A DNA stretch of 64,000 nt from Longimicrobiales bacterium (GTDB taxonomy: Bacteria; Gemmatimonadota; Gemmatimonadetes; Longimicrobiales; Gaopeijiaceae), in contig OZ250165.1 of the NCBI GenBank assembly GCA_965238005.1, positions 1,376,001-1,440,000 of the forward strand, written 5' to 3'. Within the stretch, counting starts at the first letter, position 1. Every line of letters begins with the position of its first letter. The notes beneath the pieces are model-generated. The model was given only the letters and a program-made list of their open reading frames with translations, made no database searches and was not told the DNA's origin. Positions 1-10,390 of this stretch are shown piece after piece. The translations under genes and the position numbers were made by a program.

Positions 1-519
1 CCATCGACGTCGCCGGCCGGGCCGCACCAGGCGTATTCGCTGGCACTGGCTGCCTACCAGGCGGGCGAGACCGCCGGACGGCAGGCCGAGCGGATGGCCC
101 AGCGGCGTCCGGACCTGCTCTTCATCGTCGCTCCGGTGCGAGTGTCGGGCCGCGTCTATCATCGGGTCCTCGCCGGCCCCGCTGAGGACTCTCTGGCGGC
201 CGAGCGCCTGCGGGCCTCTCTGGCGGAGACGCTTTCCGACGAGGATGCGGCTCGTTGGATCGTGCGTCCGACCCCCTTGGCATATGGTTTCGGGGAGTTC
301 GAGTCGTCGGAGGCGGCGCAGGTCCGGGTGGCGGAGGTTCGCAGCGCGGGTATTGGCGCATATGTCCTCGAGATCGAGGGCATGCAGAGGCCCCTGTTCC
401 GGGTGTATGCCGGAGCCTATCAGAGCCCTGGGGAAGCCGAGGTCATGGGGGCAGCGTTGAATGCGTCGCCGGGGGGCGCACCGGAGCTCGAGCGACGGAT
501 AGGTCGATATGTGCGTTGA
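1..519 (+). CDS. SPOR-like domain protein, 5'-partial (frame open from base 1)
   Basis: Visible part (YSLALAAY...RVLAGP...FRVYAGAY) is paralogous to the tandem SPOR-like C-terminus of the next gene. Confidence 0.65.
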   Translation, partial: PSTSPAGPHQAYSLALAAYQAGETAGRQAERMAQRRPDLLFIVAPVRVSGRVYHRVLAGPAEDSLAAERLRASLAETLSDEDAARWIVRPTPLAYGFGEFESSEAAQVRVAEVRSAGIGAYVLEIEGMQRPLFRVYAGAYQSPGEAEVMGAALNASPGGAPELERRIGRYVR

Positions 520-666
520 GGGCCGATACTCCTACGATTCCTGTGGACCTCCCCTAGAGGGTGGGTTACCTTTGCCGCCATCACGACGGGGATCGCGAGG
601 TCTCTGTTCCTCTGGTGCATCGTGCCCGTCGCGGCGCGGAATCTTCACCATGCGAAGGGTGCACGG

Positions 667-2895
667 ATGAGCCCAGATATTCCAACCTGGCAGCCCATAG
701 ATCCGGCCAACGAGGGCCTGCCCGAGCACGTCGACGCCGTGCTGGATTCCTTCGATTCCACCACGGGCTGCGTCGTTCTCCTGGTGGCGCCTGAGATCGA
801 TCGACGCTGGGGGGCGGACGTGAGCCTGCTCGTCGCCCGGGGCTGGGCCGCCAAGGGGCGAAGCGTCCTGCTCGCGGACGCGTCCCTCGAGGACCCGGTT
901 CTCCACGAGTCGGTAGACGGCACGAATGATGAGGGCGTGTCCGACGTCATGCTCTACGGAGCGTCGGTGAAGCGTGTGGCCCGATCCGTCGGGGGCGGAA
1001 TCTTCTTTGCTCCGGCCGGGACCCCTGTGGGCGACGCCGAGGAAGTTCTGACGCACCCAAAGTGGGATACCGTGATCAGCGGCTTCCGGGAGGTGGGGGC
1101 GGTGCTCCTGCTGCATTTGTCAGCGGCCACGACCGGAGCTCGGGCCCTCCTGGACCAGGCGGCGGGAGTCATCGTCGTCGCGGAGGGGGTTGGGGATGTG
1201 TCGTCAATCCTGGGCTCCGCGTCGGATCGGATCCTGGCCGTGCTCGGTCCGGAGGCTGCTGGTGAGATCGCCACGCCGGTCGTGGAGCCTGAAGTCGACC
1301 TGACGTCCGAGCCGGAGCCTGAGCTCGTAGCGCCGTCTGAGGCAGAGTCAGAACCAGAGCCGGAGGTCGAGACTCCCCTCGAGGCCGAAGTCGTTCCGGC
1401 CGGCGTCACGGAAGAGCCGGCTGGTGACGCGGGACTCTTCTCGATGGAGGGACTCCCCGACTCAACCGGCAGTGCGGCGGACGAAGTCGACGATTCGGAG
1501 GGGCTCAGTCTCGAAGCCGTGGCAGGATCGCAGTACGACGCGTCCGACGAAGCCCAAGCGGAGGCTCCTCTCGCCGGAGCCCTTGATGAGATGGAGCCCT
1601 TGGAGGTTGAGCCAGTAGAGGTGACCCCCCCAGAGGCGGAGGAGGCGGAGGAGGTGGAGGCCGCGGAGGTCGCGGAGGTGGAGGGACCGGCGACAGCCGA
1701 TGAGGCGGCCGTCGAAGAGCCGGGCCTGCCAGCCGTCGAGGGTGTGACGGGATCCAAGGTCGAGATGGACGAGGCGGCGGCGGCCGAGGATGCCCATCTG
1801 GACAGGGACTTCGAGACGGGGGCCGGATTCGATTTGGAGGACGCTCCGGACGACCTCAGCTTCGGAGACGGCGACCTCGAGGTGGAAGCCAGCCCCCTCG
1901 CGGAAGAGGTCCTTCCGGAATGGAGGCTGGCGGCAGCGGCAGCGAGAGATCTCAGCGCCGCCGCGGGAGACTCGGCCTTCGACGATCCCGATCTGGGTTC
2001 GCCCGAGCCTGTGGCACCCCTGGCCACCAGTGATGCTGCTCCCGGGGATCCTTCGGTGGGCGCCGGCGAGTCCATCGCCGTGGATGCGGCCGTCGAGGCA
2101 ATGGGAGCCGGCACTGATGCGCTCCCCGAAGACACGGTTGGCGAGACTGCCGTCGACCTGGAGGAAGGCCCGCCTCACAAGATGACGGGGTTGGAGGAGT
2201 TGGATCGGCGGCGAAAGCGGGGAGCCAGGGTCCGGCAACTGCTGGTGGGCATGGCCACAGCGCTGATCGTGGGGGGCGGAGGCATCACGGCCGCGTACTT
2301 CGGCTTCATCAACATCCCCGGGGTCACACCGCCTGAGCGCGTGCGCTCTGCAGTGCCACCCCCGATTGAGCTACCCGGCCCGACCCCCGAGACGCCAGTG
2401 ATAAGCCACGTGCTCACGGTCGATGCCTGGCGCAGCATGGAAACGGCCTCGAGTACGGTGGACGCGCTCCGGGGGCGGCTTCCCGAGCTTCTGTTCTTCG
2501 TGACCGTTATCGAGGTGGCTGGGGCCGACCAATACGCGCTGCTCGCAGGCCCCGCCTTCAGCGCAGTGGAGGCAGACGCCCTGAAGGAGCCTCTGGCTGA
2601 GGTCCTGGACCGCCTCAATCCGGCTATGTGGACCGTTCAGGAGGCGAGATACTCGTTCTTCTTCGGCGAGTACGCCGAGGCGGCGGACGCTGCCGGCAGG
2701 GTCCAGTCGCTGGCCGTTCTCTCCATACCGGCTCACGTCCTGGAGGTGAGCTATGCCGATGGAACCACGGGGCTGCGCGTCTATGGCGGAGCTTTTGTGG
2801 ACGAGTTCCAGGCCGTTGCGATGGGGCGACTCCTTCGTGCGAACGACCTGGGTGATGTACGTCTGACTCTACGGAGGGGCCGACTGCCCCAATGA
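667..2895 (+). CDS. Membrane-anchored protein: degenerate MinD/CpsD-like N-terminal domain, long acidic linker, TM helix, tandem SPOR-like C-terminus
   Basis: RSVLLADASLEDPVLH...GVSDVM motif without Walker A; E/D/P/A-rich linker; RRRKR followed by a hydrophobic helix; ATG at 667 in ORF 622..2895. Confidence 0.7.
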   Translation: MSPDIPTWQPIDPANEGLPEHVDAVLDSFDSTTGCVVLLVAPEIDRRWGADVSLLVARGWAAKGRSVLLADASLEDPVLHESVDGTNDEGVSDVMLYGASVKRVARSVGGGIFFAPAGTPVGDAEEVLTHPKWDTVISGFREVGAVLLLHLSAATTGARALLDQAAGVIVVAEGVGDVSSILGSASDRILAVLGPEAAGEIATPVVEPEVDLTSEPEPELVAPSEAESEPEPEVETPLEAEVVPAGVTEEPAGDAGLFSMEGLPDSTGSAADEVDDSEGLSLEAVAGSQYDASDEAQAEAPLAGALDEMEPLEVEPVEVTPPEAEEAEEVEAAEVAEVEGPATADEAAVEEPGLPAVEGVTGSKVEMDEAAAAEDAHLDRDFETGAGFDLEDAPDDLSFGDGDLEVEASPLAEEVLPEWRLAAAAARDLSAAAGDSAFDDPDLGSPEPVAPLATSDAAPGDPSVGAGESIAVDAAVEAMGAGTDALPEDTVGETAVDLEEGPPHKMTGLEELDRRRKRGARVRQLLVGMATALIVGGGGITAAYFGFINIPGVTPPERVRSAVPPPIELPGPTPETPVISHVLTVDAWRSMETASSTVDALRGRLPELLFFVTVIEVAGADQYALLAGPAFSAVEADALKEPLAEVLDRLNPAMWTVQEARYSFFFGEYAEAADAAGRVQSLAVLSIPAHVLEVSYADGTTGLRVYGGAFVDEFQAVAMGRLLRANDLGDVRLTLRRGRLPQ

Positions 2896-2996
2896 AACTC
2901 CGATCGCTTCGCGTTCATGGGTTCAAGTCCTTTGCTGACGCCACGGTCATCGACTTCCGGCGCCGACGAGATCGTCCCGCCGGCCATGGAGCCTGA
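2892..2996 (+). pseudogene. Duplicated 5' fragment of smc (MKLRSLRVHGFKSFADATVIDF) running into the duplication junction and stopping after 34 codons
   Basis: 2892-2958 matches 4882-4948 except for two synonymous changes. Confidence 0.9.
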
Positions 2997-3076
2997 AGTC
3001 GACATGACGCCCGAGCCGGAGCCTGAGTTCGTAAGCGCCGCTCGAGGCAGAGTCAGAACTGGAGCCGGAGGTAGAG

Positions 3077-4885
3077 ATGATCTCTGAGCGGGATGACGAA
3101 CGGGAGCCCGAGCTCGAGGTGGAGCCGACGATGGAGTCGGAGGCCGAGCCGGAGCCGGAGGTCGAGACTCCCCTCGAGGCTGAAGTCGCCCCGGCTGGCG
3201 TCACGGAAGAGCCGGCTGGTGACGCGGCATTGTTCTCCATGGAGGCACTCACCGATTCAACCGGCAACGCGGCGGACGACGTTGACGATTCGGACGCGTT
3301 CAGTCTAGGCGGAATGACGGGATCACAGTACGACACGCCCGACGAACCCGGTCCTCAGGTGCCTGCAGGCGGAGCCCCTGACGAGCCGCCGGCACCCCCG
3401 GCGCAGGAGCCTCCCCTCGCCGAGACGGAGCCCGAGGAGGAAGCCGGGCTGGATCTGGAAGCGGCGTCCCTCGAGATGGAGCCCTTGGAGGTCGAGCCGT
3501 TAGAGGTGGGCCCCCCAGAGGCCGAGGCCCCAGAGGTCGAGGTCGCGGAGGCGGAAGCCACGGAGGTGGAGGCCCCGGCAACTGCCGATGAGGCCGCAGT
3601 CGAAGAGCCGGGCATGCCAGCCGTCGAGGGTGTGACGGGATCCAGGATCGAGATGGACGAGGCGGCTGTGGCGGCGGCGGCCGAGGATGCCCATCTGGAC
3701 ATGGAGGGCTTCGAGACGGGGGCCGGATTCGAACTGGAGGACGCTCCGGACGACTTGGAGAGTGGCTTTGTTGACGAGGATGCCGCGGCCGGCTTCGAGG
3801 CCGGTCCGGGTGCGGAGCAGGTAGGGGAGGCCGAGGGCTCAGACGACCTCGGCTTCGGAGACGGCGACCTCGAGGTGGAAGCCAGCCCCCTCGTGGAGGA
3901 CGACCTGCCCGACGACGAGGAGCTGGTGGCAGCGGAAGATCTCAGCGTGGCGGCCGGAGACTTGGCATTCGACGATCCCGATCCGGGTTCGCCCGAGCCC
4001 GTGGAACCCCTGGTCACCGGTGACGAGCCGCCCGGGGATCCCTCGGTGGGCGCAGGCGAGACCATCGCGGTGGACGCGGCCGTAGAGGCAATGGGAGCCG
4101 GCACTGATGCGCTCCCCGAAGACACGGTTGGCGAGACTGCCGTCGACCTGGAGGAAGGCCCGCCTCGCAAGATGTCGGGGTTGGAGGAGTTGGAGCGACG
4201 GCGAAGGCGGGGAACCAGGGTCCGGCAGCTGCTGGTGGGTATGTCAACAGCGCTGATCGTGGGGGGCGGAGGCTTGACGGCCGCGTACTTCGGCTTCATC
4301 AACATCCCCTGGCTCACACCGCCTGAACGCGTGCGCTCTGCTGTGCCACCCCCGATTGAGCTACCCGGCCCGACCCCCGAGACGCCAGTGATAAGCCATG
4401 TGCTCACCCTCGATGCCTGGCGCAGCATGGAAACGGCCTCGAGTACGGTGGACGCGCTCCGGGGGCGGCTTCCCGAGCTTCTGTTCTTCGTGACCTTTAT
4501 CGAGGTGGCCGGGGCCGACCAATACGCGCTGCTCGCAGGCCCTGCCTTCAGCGCAGTGGAGGCAGACGCCCTGAAGGAGCCTCTGGCTGAGGTCCTGGAC
4601 CGCCTCAATCCGGCTATGTGGACCGTTCAGGAGGCGAGATACTCGTTCTTCTTCGGCGAGTACGCCGAGGCGGCGGACGCGGCCCGTAGGGTCCAGTCGC
4701 TGGCCGTTCTCTCCATACCGGCTCACGTCCTGGAGGTGAGCTATCCTGATGGAACCACGGGGCTGCGCGTCTATGGCGGAGCTTTTGTGGACGAGTTCCA
4801 GGCCGCTGCGATGGGGCGGCTCCTTCGTGCGAACGACCTGGGTGATGTACGTCTGACTCTACGGAGGGGCCGACTGCCCCAATGA
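3077..4885 (+). CDS. 5'-truncated second copy of the acidic/TM/SPOR-like protein
   Basis: Paralog of 667..2895 lacking the MinD-like domain; +1 frameshift near 3033 separates it from upstream homologous codons. Confidence 0.65.
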   Translation: MISERDDEREPELEVEPTMESEAEPEPEVETPLEAEVAPAGVTEEPAGDAALFSMEALTDSTGNAADDVDDSDAFSLGGMTGSQYDTPDEPGPQVPAGGAPDEPPAPPAQEPPLAETEPEEEAGLDLEAASLEMEPLEVEPLEVGPPEAEAPEVEVAEAEATEVEAPATADEAAVEEPGMPAVEGVTGSRIEMDEAAVAAAAEDAHLDMEGFETGAGFELEDAPDDLESGFVDEDAAAGFEAGPGAEQVGEAEGSDDLGFGDGDLEVEASPLVEDDLPDDEELVAAEDLSVAAGDLAFDDPDPGSPEPVEPLVTGDEPPGDPSVGAGETIAVDAAVEAMGAGTDALPEDTVGETAVDLEEGPPRKMSGLEELERRRRRGTRVRQLLVGMSTALIVGGGGLTAAYFGFINIPWLTPPERVRSAVPPPIELPGPTPETPVISHVLTLDAWRSMETASSTVDALRGRLPELLFFVTFIEVAGADQYALLAGPAFSAVEADALKEPLAEVLDRLNPAMWTVQEARYSFFFGEYAEAADAARRVQSLAVLSIPAHVLEVSYPDGTTGLRVYGGAFVDEFQAAAMGRLLRANDLGDVRLTLRRGRLPQ

Positions 4886-7800
4886 AACTCCGATCACTTC
4901 GCGTTCATGGGTTCAAGTCCTTTGCTGACGCCACCGTCATCGACTTCCACGAGGGCATCACGGCCATCGTCGGGCCCAACGGCTGCGGAAAATCGAATAT
5001 CAGCGACGCCGTTCGCTGGGTACTGGGAGAGCAACGCCCCTCCGCCATCCGGGGAGGGAAGATGGAGGAGGCCATCTTCCAGGGCTCTCTGAATCGCCGC
5101 CCCGTGAACCGGGGGGCGGTTACCATGGTGGTGAGCAACGAGGACGGGGTTCTCCCGGTTGCGTACGAGGAGGTCGAGATCGGCCGCACCGTGTACCGAG
5201 ACGGGGGGAGCGATTACTCGCTCAACCGCTCGACCTGTCGTCTGCGAGACGTGGTCGATCTCTTCCGCGACACCGGGCTCGGCGCCAACGCCTATTCGGT
5301 GATCGAGAACCGGATGATCGACGCCATTCTCTCCGATCGGGCGGAGGAGAGGCGGCAGCTCTTCGAGGAGGCTTCCGGCATCGGTAAGTACAAGGACAGG
5401 CGAAAGGCCGCCCTCCGTCGCCTGGAGCACGCCGAGAACGATCTCACCCGTTTGGAAGACGTCATCGCCGAGGTCGAGACCAAAGTGCGCTCGCTGGCTC
5501 GGCAGAAGGGGAAGGCAGAACGGTACGGGGCTCTCCGGAAGCGGCGGCTGTCAGTAGAGGTCGCCGTCGTGCGCAACAACCTGGCCGATCGCGAGGCGCG
5601 CCTGAAGGAGCTCGATACGGCCCTGGAGGCCGATCGAAAGACGGGTCAGGGGATGGTGGCCGAGCTCCGTGCTGCGGAAGCGACCTACGAAAGGCTGCGG
5701 CTCGAGGAGGTGACGGCGGAGCGCTCCAGGGCAGAGGCTGCCGCGGCCCTCGACCAGGTGAAGGCTCAGCTCGTCGAGTGGGAGCGGGATCTCGCGGTGG
5801 CTGAGGAGCGCGGAGGCTACGCCGAGCGACGGTTGAGTCAGATCGGAGGTGACCGCGAGGCCTGGTCCAAGCGCCTGGATGATGTCAGGGGCGAATCGGC
5901 CGAGCTTCAGGGACGTCGTGAGGGGCAGGAACGGGAGCTGGAGCGGGTCAGGGCGGAGGTGAGTCGTCAAGCGGACGCGTCCGCGGTCGTGAAGGCGCGT
6001 CTCCAGGAAGCCCGCGATGGTGTAGAGGAGAAGGAGCATCGAGAGCGGGATCTGGTCCGGAAGGGCGCGCAGCTCGAGGGCGATGCCGAGGCTGCCCAGG
6101 GCCAGGCCGCCGAGCTCGAGCGCCGCATCGAGCGCATTACCGCGGAACTGAGTGACGCCTCCAACGTTCTGACCGACCTGGAGTCGCAGGGCGATCTTTT
6201 CACGACCCGCCTCGACGGACTGGAGGCGGCGGTGCAGGACGCCCGGAAGCGCTTCGATGCGGCTCAGGAGGCTCTCGGCGGCCAGCGCAAGGCCTTCGAC
6301 GAAGCGAGGCGTAGGGAGCTCGATGCGGTTCGGACGGTCCAGGGCATGGAGGTGGAAGTCGCGGCTCTGGAGGCCCTCGGCCTCAGACAAGAGGGAATCG
6401 GTCCCGCCACCAAGGCGGCTCTCGCCCTCGAGGACGCCGGCGTCGTGGGATCCCTCCCGGACTTCATCGAAGCCCCGGGCGAGGTGGCATCGGTGGTGGA
6501 GACATACCTGGGCCCCCTCGCACAGGCTCTCGTGGTGCGCGATGGCGCCTCCGCCGACCGGATCGTTCGTTGGTTCGCCGACGATTGGACCGAGGGAGGC
6601 GGCCTGGTCTTGCTTCCGCTCGATCGAGTTCCCGATCCGGCGGGGGGCTCTCTGCTGAAAGCCGTCAAGGCCAAGGGAGAAGGAGCCCCCTGGGTCGAAG
6701 CGCTACTAGGCGAGGCTGATCTGGTCGAGACCCAGGAGTCCGTCGGCCCCGCTCCCGAGCGCGCACAGCTCTCGATCGCGGGGATGGTCATCGATCCACG
6801 TGGCTTCATCAAGGTCGGTAGACCCTCGGGCACGTCCGGTGTGCTCGAGCGAAGGGCTCGCGTCGAGTCAATCCGCCAGGCACTGGACGAGGCGATAGGC
6901 GAAGCGGCCGGTGCGAGGCAGGACGTCGAGAACGCAGAGGCTGCCGAGGAAAAGGCCCAGGAAGCCCTCGCAGTCGCCCGGATCTCGTTCCTCGAGGCCG
7001 AGGATGAGCTGAGGCAAACCAGCGCCGAGATGGCGGCCCAGGTGGACCGCCGCGCCAGGGTCGACACCCATCGGGACGAGCTTGCCAGACAGCTGGAGGG
7101 AGGCAAGGCGGCCAGGGCCAGAGCTCTGGAGCGAGCCCAGACCGCCCGGGAGGATCGTGAGAATCTTCTGGCCCAGGAGGGTGGTATCCGGGCCGAGCGC
7201 GAGAAAGCGCGGGAGGTCCTCGCTGGCGTTCAGGACGAATGGGAAGAGGCCCATGGAGAAGAGTCGCGGCTGTCAGTGACGCTGGCCCGTATGGAGGCCG
7301 AGGCGGAGAGAATGGCGGAGCGACTCCAGGATTTGGCTCGTGAGGCTTCCGTCGGTGAGGATCGGCTGGGCGAGCTGGATGCCGAGGAGCAGGTCCTCAC
7401 CGACGAGCTGAACACGGTCCAGCGACTCCAGGAGGAAGGCCGGGTCGCGACGGAGCGACTCTTCGGCGAGCGTGACGAAGCCGAGAGCGTGCTCGAGGAG
7501 AGAACCAAGCTGCTATCCGACGTGGCCGAGACGTTGGCCGATGCGGACCAGGCGGCTCGGCTGGCGCGCAGCATCGAGCGCGAGGCGGTGGACCGGCGTC
7601 ATCAGCTCGAGCTGGAGCGACAGGAGGTCTCGGGCCGCATCGGGCTCATCCAGGAGCGCTTGGAGGGAGAGTGGGGTCGTCCGTTGGAGCGTCTCCTCGA
7701 CGAGGCCGAGCCGGTGGAGGGCGAGCCCGAGGCCCTGAGGGAGGAGCTCGAGGAGATCGTGGTCAAGCTCGATCGCATCGGGCTGGTCAACATGCTCGCG

Positions 7801-8400
7801 GTCGAGGAGCATGCCGAGGAGAGTGCCAGGCTGGCCTTTCTCAACGAGCAGCGCGAGGATCTGGTAGCCGCGCACAACGACTTGAAATCGGCCATCCAGC
7901 AGATCAATGAGACCGCCATTGACCTCTTCGAGAGCACGTTCGAGAAGATCCGGGGGAACTTCCAGTCCACCTTCCATCGGCTGTTCGAGGGAGGCGAGGC
8001 TGACATCTGGTTGGCCGATCCCGAAGACCCGTTGGAATCGCCCATCGAAGTCCACGCCTCGCCGAGGGGGAAGAAGACCCAGAGAATCGACCTGCTGTCG
8101 GGTGGAGAGCGGGCGCTGACAGCCCTCTCGCTGCTCTTCGGCATCTACCTGGTCAAGCCAAGTCCGTTCTGCATTCTCGACGAAGTCGATGCCCCGCTCG
8201 ACGAGAACAACATCGGTCGCTTCATTCGCCTGCTGCAGGAGTTCAAGGAGCAGACGCAGTTCGTGATCATCACCCACAATCCGCGGTCCATCGAGGCCGC
8301 CGATTGGATCTACGGTGTCACCATGGAGGAGCCCGGGGTGAGCACGGTCGTCGGGGTGCAGCTCGAAGAGGCTCTGCACGTGGGCGGCTCGGCGGCCTAG
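4882..8400 (+). CDS. smc: Chromosome segregation protein SMC
   Basis: GFKSF, Walker A GPNGCGKSN, long coiled coils with hinge, LSGGE signature, LDEVDAPLD Walker B/D-loop. Confidence 0.98.
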   Translation: MKLRSLRVHGFKSFADATVIDFHEGITAIVGPNGCGKSNISDAVRWVLGEQRPSAIRGGKMEEAIFQGSLNRRPVNRGAVTMVVSNEDGVLPVAYEEVEIGRTVYRDGGSDYSLNRSTCRLRDVVDLFRDTGLGANAYSVIENRMIDAILSDRAEERRQLFEEASGIGKYKDRRKAALRRLEHAENDLTRLEDVIAEVETKVRSLARQKGKAERYGALRKRRLSVEVAVVRNNLADREARLKELDTALEADRKTGQGMVAELRAAEATYERLRLEEVTAERSRAEAAAALDQVKAQLVEWERDLAVAEERGGYAERRLSQIGGDREAWSKRLDDVRGESAELQGRREGQERELERVRAEVSRQADASAVVKARLQEARDGVEEKEHRERDLVRKGAQLEGDAEAAQGQAAELERRIERITAELSDASNVLTDLESQGDLFTTRLDGLEAAVQDARKRFDAAQEALGGQRKAFDEARRRELDAVRTVQGMEVEVAALEALGLRQEGIGPATKAALALEDAGVVGSLPDFIEAPGEVASVVETYLGPLAQALVVRDGASADRIVRWFADDWTEGGGLVLLPLDRVPDPAGGSLLKAVKAKGEGAPWVEALLGEADLVETQESVGPAPERAQLSIAGMVIDPRGFIKVGRPSGTSGVLERRARVESIRQALDEAIGEAAGARQDVENAEAAEEKAQEALAVARISFLEAEDELRQTSAEMAAQVDRRARVDTHRDELARQLEGGKAARARALERAQTAREDRENLLAQEGGIRAEREKAREVLAGVQDEWEEAHGEESRLSVTLARMEAEAERMAERLQDLAREASVGEDRLGELDAEEQVLTDELNTVQRLQEEGRVATERLFGERDEAESVLEERTKLLSDVAETLADADQAARLARSIEREAVDRRHQLELERQEVSGRIGLIQERLEGEWGRPLERLLDEAEPVEGEPEALREELEEIVVKLDRIGLVNMLAVEEHAEESARLAFLNEQREDLVAAHNDLKSAIQQINETAIDLFESTFEKIRGNFQSTFHRLFEGGEADIWLADPEDPLESPIEVHASPRGKKTQRIDLLSGGERALTALSLLFGIYLVKPSPFCILDEVDAPLDENNIGRFIRLLQEFKEQTQFVIITHNPRSIEAADWIYGVTMEEPGVSTVVGVQLEEALHVGGSAA

Positions 8401-8463
8401 CCGGACCTCGGAGCCGATACGGTAGTGCGGTTCCCGGGGGGGCGCGGGGTAGGCTAGATCACT

Positions 8464-9254
8464 ATGACCGCCAGCGTGACGGTCCTCGGCTCCGGCACCC
8501 TGTTGCCGGACCATCTTCGCCACCCGGCTGCGTTCCTCGTCGCGGAAGGTGACGCGGTCCTCCTCCTCGACTGCGGCTCCGGCGTCCTGGACGGCATGAG
8601 CCGGTTCCGGGTTCCGTGGGCCGACCTGACTCACATCGCCCTCAGCCATTTTCATACTGACCACATCGGTGGGCTGGCTCCTCTGATGTTCGCTCTGTCG
8701 CATGGGGTGTCGCCGCCCCGCACCACCCCACTCACTCTTGTCGGCCCACCCGGCCTCCGCAGCCTTCTGAGCGTCCTCGCCGAGGCATATGGTGGCTACG
8801 TTCTCGAGCCCGGCTTCGAGCTCTCCGTGGTGGAGCTGGCCCGGAACGACCGATGGAGCGACGGCACGGTCGACTTGAGGACGTGCGAGACCGTCCACAC
8901 GGAGCACTCGGTCGCGTATCGTTGGGCCGGAGGGGCTGGGACTGTCGGGTATACGGGCGACACGGGGGACAGCACGCTCCTCGGGGGTTTTCTAGCGGGG
9001 TCGGACCTTCTGATCGCCGAGTGTGCGCACCCGGATCCTCCATCCGGGATACTCATTTGACGCCCGGCGGGGTGGCGGCACTCGCCCGGGAGGTCGCCCC
9101 GGCATTGGTGGTGACGACGCATGCCTATCCCACACTCTCGCCCGATGAGGTTCCGGAGCTGGTCCGCCAATCAGGGTACACCGGGCGCGTGCTGGCGGGG
9201 TACGACGGAATGTGCGTCGTCCTCGAACAAGGGGCGCCCCCGTCCATCAGGTAG
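8464..9254 (+). pseudogene. MBL-fold metallo-hydrolase (RNase Z/BN-like), frameshifted near 9045
   Basis: VLGSG, SHFHTDH, YTGDT motifs in 8464..9060; the C-terminal THLTP...VTTHAYP continues in another frame to 9254; may be a sequencing error. Confidence 0.75.
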
Positions 9255-9335
9255 ACTACATCTGTTCCCGCGGGTACACTTCTGTGCGGTGCTACACACC
9301 GGATACGTCCTGAAGACCCGGAATTCGAGAATCAC

Positions 9336-10364
9336 ATGCTGGTAGTCATGAAGCACAACGCCTCCGAAGCCGAGGTTCGAGGCGTGGTCGAGGCAATAGA
9401 GGACTTGGGGTACCTGGCACGGTCCATGCCCGGCAAGCAGCGGACGACCGTCGGCCTCATGGGCAACGACGGGCGAGTGGATTCGGCTCGGATTCAGGGG
9501 CTCCCCGGCGTCCTCGAGATCATTTCCGTAACCAAGCCGTACAAGCAGGTCTCCAGGGAATGGCGCGACGTGGACACGATTGTCGAGTTGGGAGGCGGCA
9601 TCCGGTTCGGTACAGCGGAAGTCCCCATCATCGCCGGACCGTGTGCCGTCGAGGGTGAGGATCAGATCCTCGATACCGCTCATCAGCTGAAGGCCATGGG
9701 TGCCAGCCTCCTACGTGGGGGGGCGTTCAAGCCGAGAACCTCGCCCTACTCCTGGCAGGGACTGGGCGAAGAAGGTCTCAAGATGCTGGCCCGGGCCAAG
9801 GAGGCCACGGGACTGGCGATCGTCACCGAGGCCCTTGAACCGGACAGCGTAGATCTGGTGGCGGAGTATGCCGACGTCATTCAGATCGGAGCCCGGAACA
9901 TGCAGAACTACCCGCTGCTGAGGCGGGCGGGGCAGTGCGGCAAGCCGGTCCTCCTAAAGCGGGGCATGTCGGCAACCCTCACGGAGTTGCTCCTGGCCGC
10001 CGAGTACCTTCTGGCGGAGGGGAACGACGATGTCATCCTCTGCGAGCGAGGTGTGCGGAGCTTCGACAGTCACACTCGGAATCTCCTTGATCTCACCGCT
10101 ATCCCGGTGGTGAAGTCCCTCTCCCATCTGCCCATCATCGCTGATCCGAGCCACGGAACGGGGATCCGGGACAAGGTGATCCCCATGGCCCGGGCTGCCG
10201 TGGCGGCGGGGGCCGACGGCCTGATGGTGGAGGTTCATCCGAACCCGCCCCAGGCGCTGTCCGACGGAGCCCAGTCGCTGTACCCGAATCAGTTCGGTGA
10301 GCTCATGGACCAGATCCGCGTCATCGCGAAGGCCATCGGCCGGTCGGTGCGAGAACCCTCCTAG
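9336..10364 (+). CDS. aroF: DAHP synthase (class I-beta, with N-terminal regulatory domain)
   Basis: IIAGPCAVE, RGGAFKPRTSPY, QIGARNMQN, DPSHGTG motifs. Confidence 0.96.
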   Translation: MLVVMKHNASEAEVRGVVEAIEDLGYLARSMPGKQRTTVGLMGNDGRVDSARIQGLPGVLEIISVTKPYKQVSREWRDVDTIVELGGGIRFGTAEVPIIAGPCAVEGEDQILDTAHQLKAMGASLLRGGAFKPRTSPYSWQGLGEEGLKMLARAKEATGLAIVTEALEPDSVDLVAEYADVIQIGARNMQNYPLLRRAGQCGKPVLLKRGMSATLTELLLAAEYLLAEGNDDVILCERGVRSFDSHTRNLLDLTAIPVVKSLSHLPIIADPSHGTGIRDKVIPMARAAVAAGADGLMVEVHPNPPQALSDGAQSLYPNQFGELMDQIRVIAKAIGRSVREPS

Positions 10365-10390
10365 ACGGCTGGTCCGGAGCTAGATCCGGA

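Larger units (their letters stand above)
1260..4948 (+). repeat. Diverged tandem duplication (unit 1 about 1260-2958, unit 2 about 2960-4948)
   Basis: Near-identical 3' halves; both units end in the first ~67 nt of smc; in-frame indels in the acidic linker. Confidence 0.95.

Noticed and set aside
7513..8907. Long antisense or alternate-frame ORFs (also 15595..17343, 27526..28929, 55914..57185)
   Set aside because: They overlap well-supported genes and are expected from stop-codon scarcity at high GC
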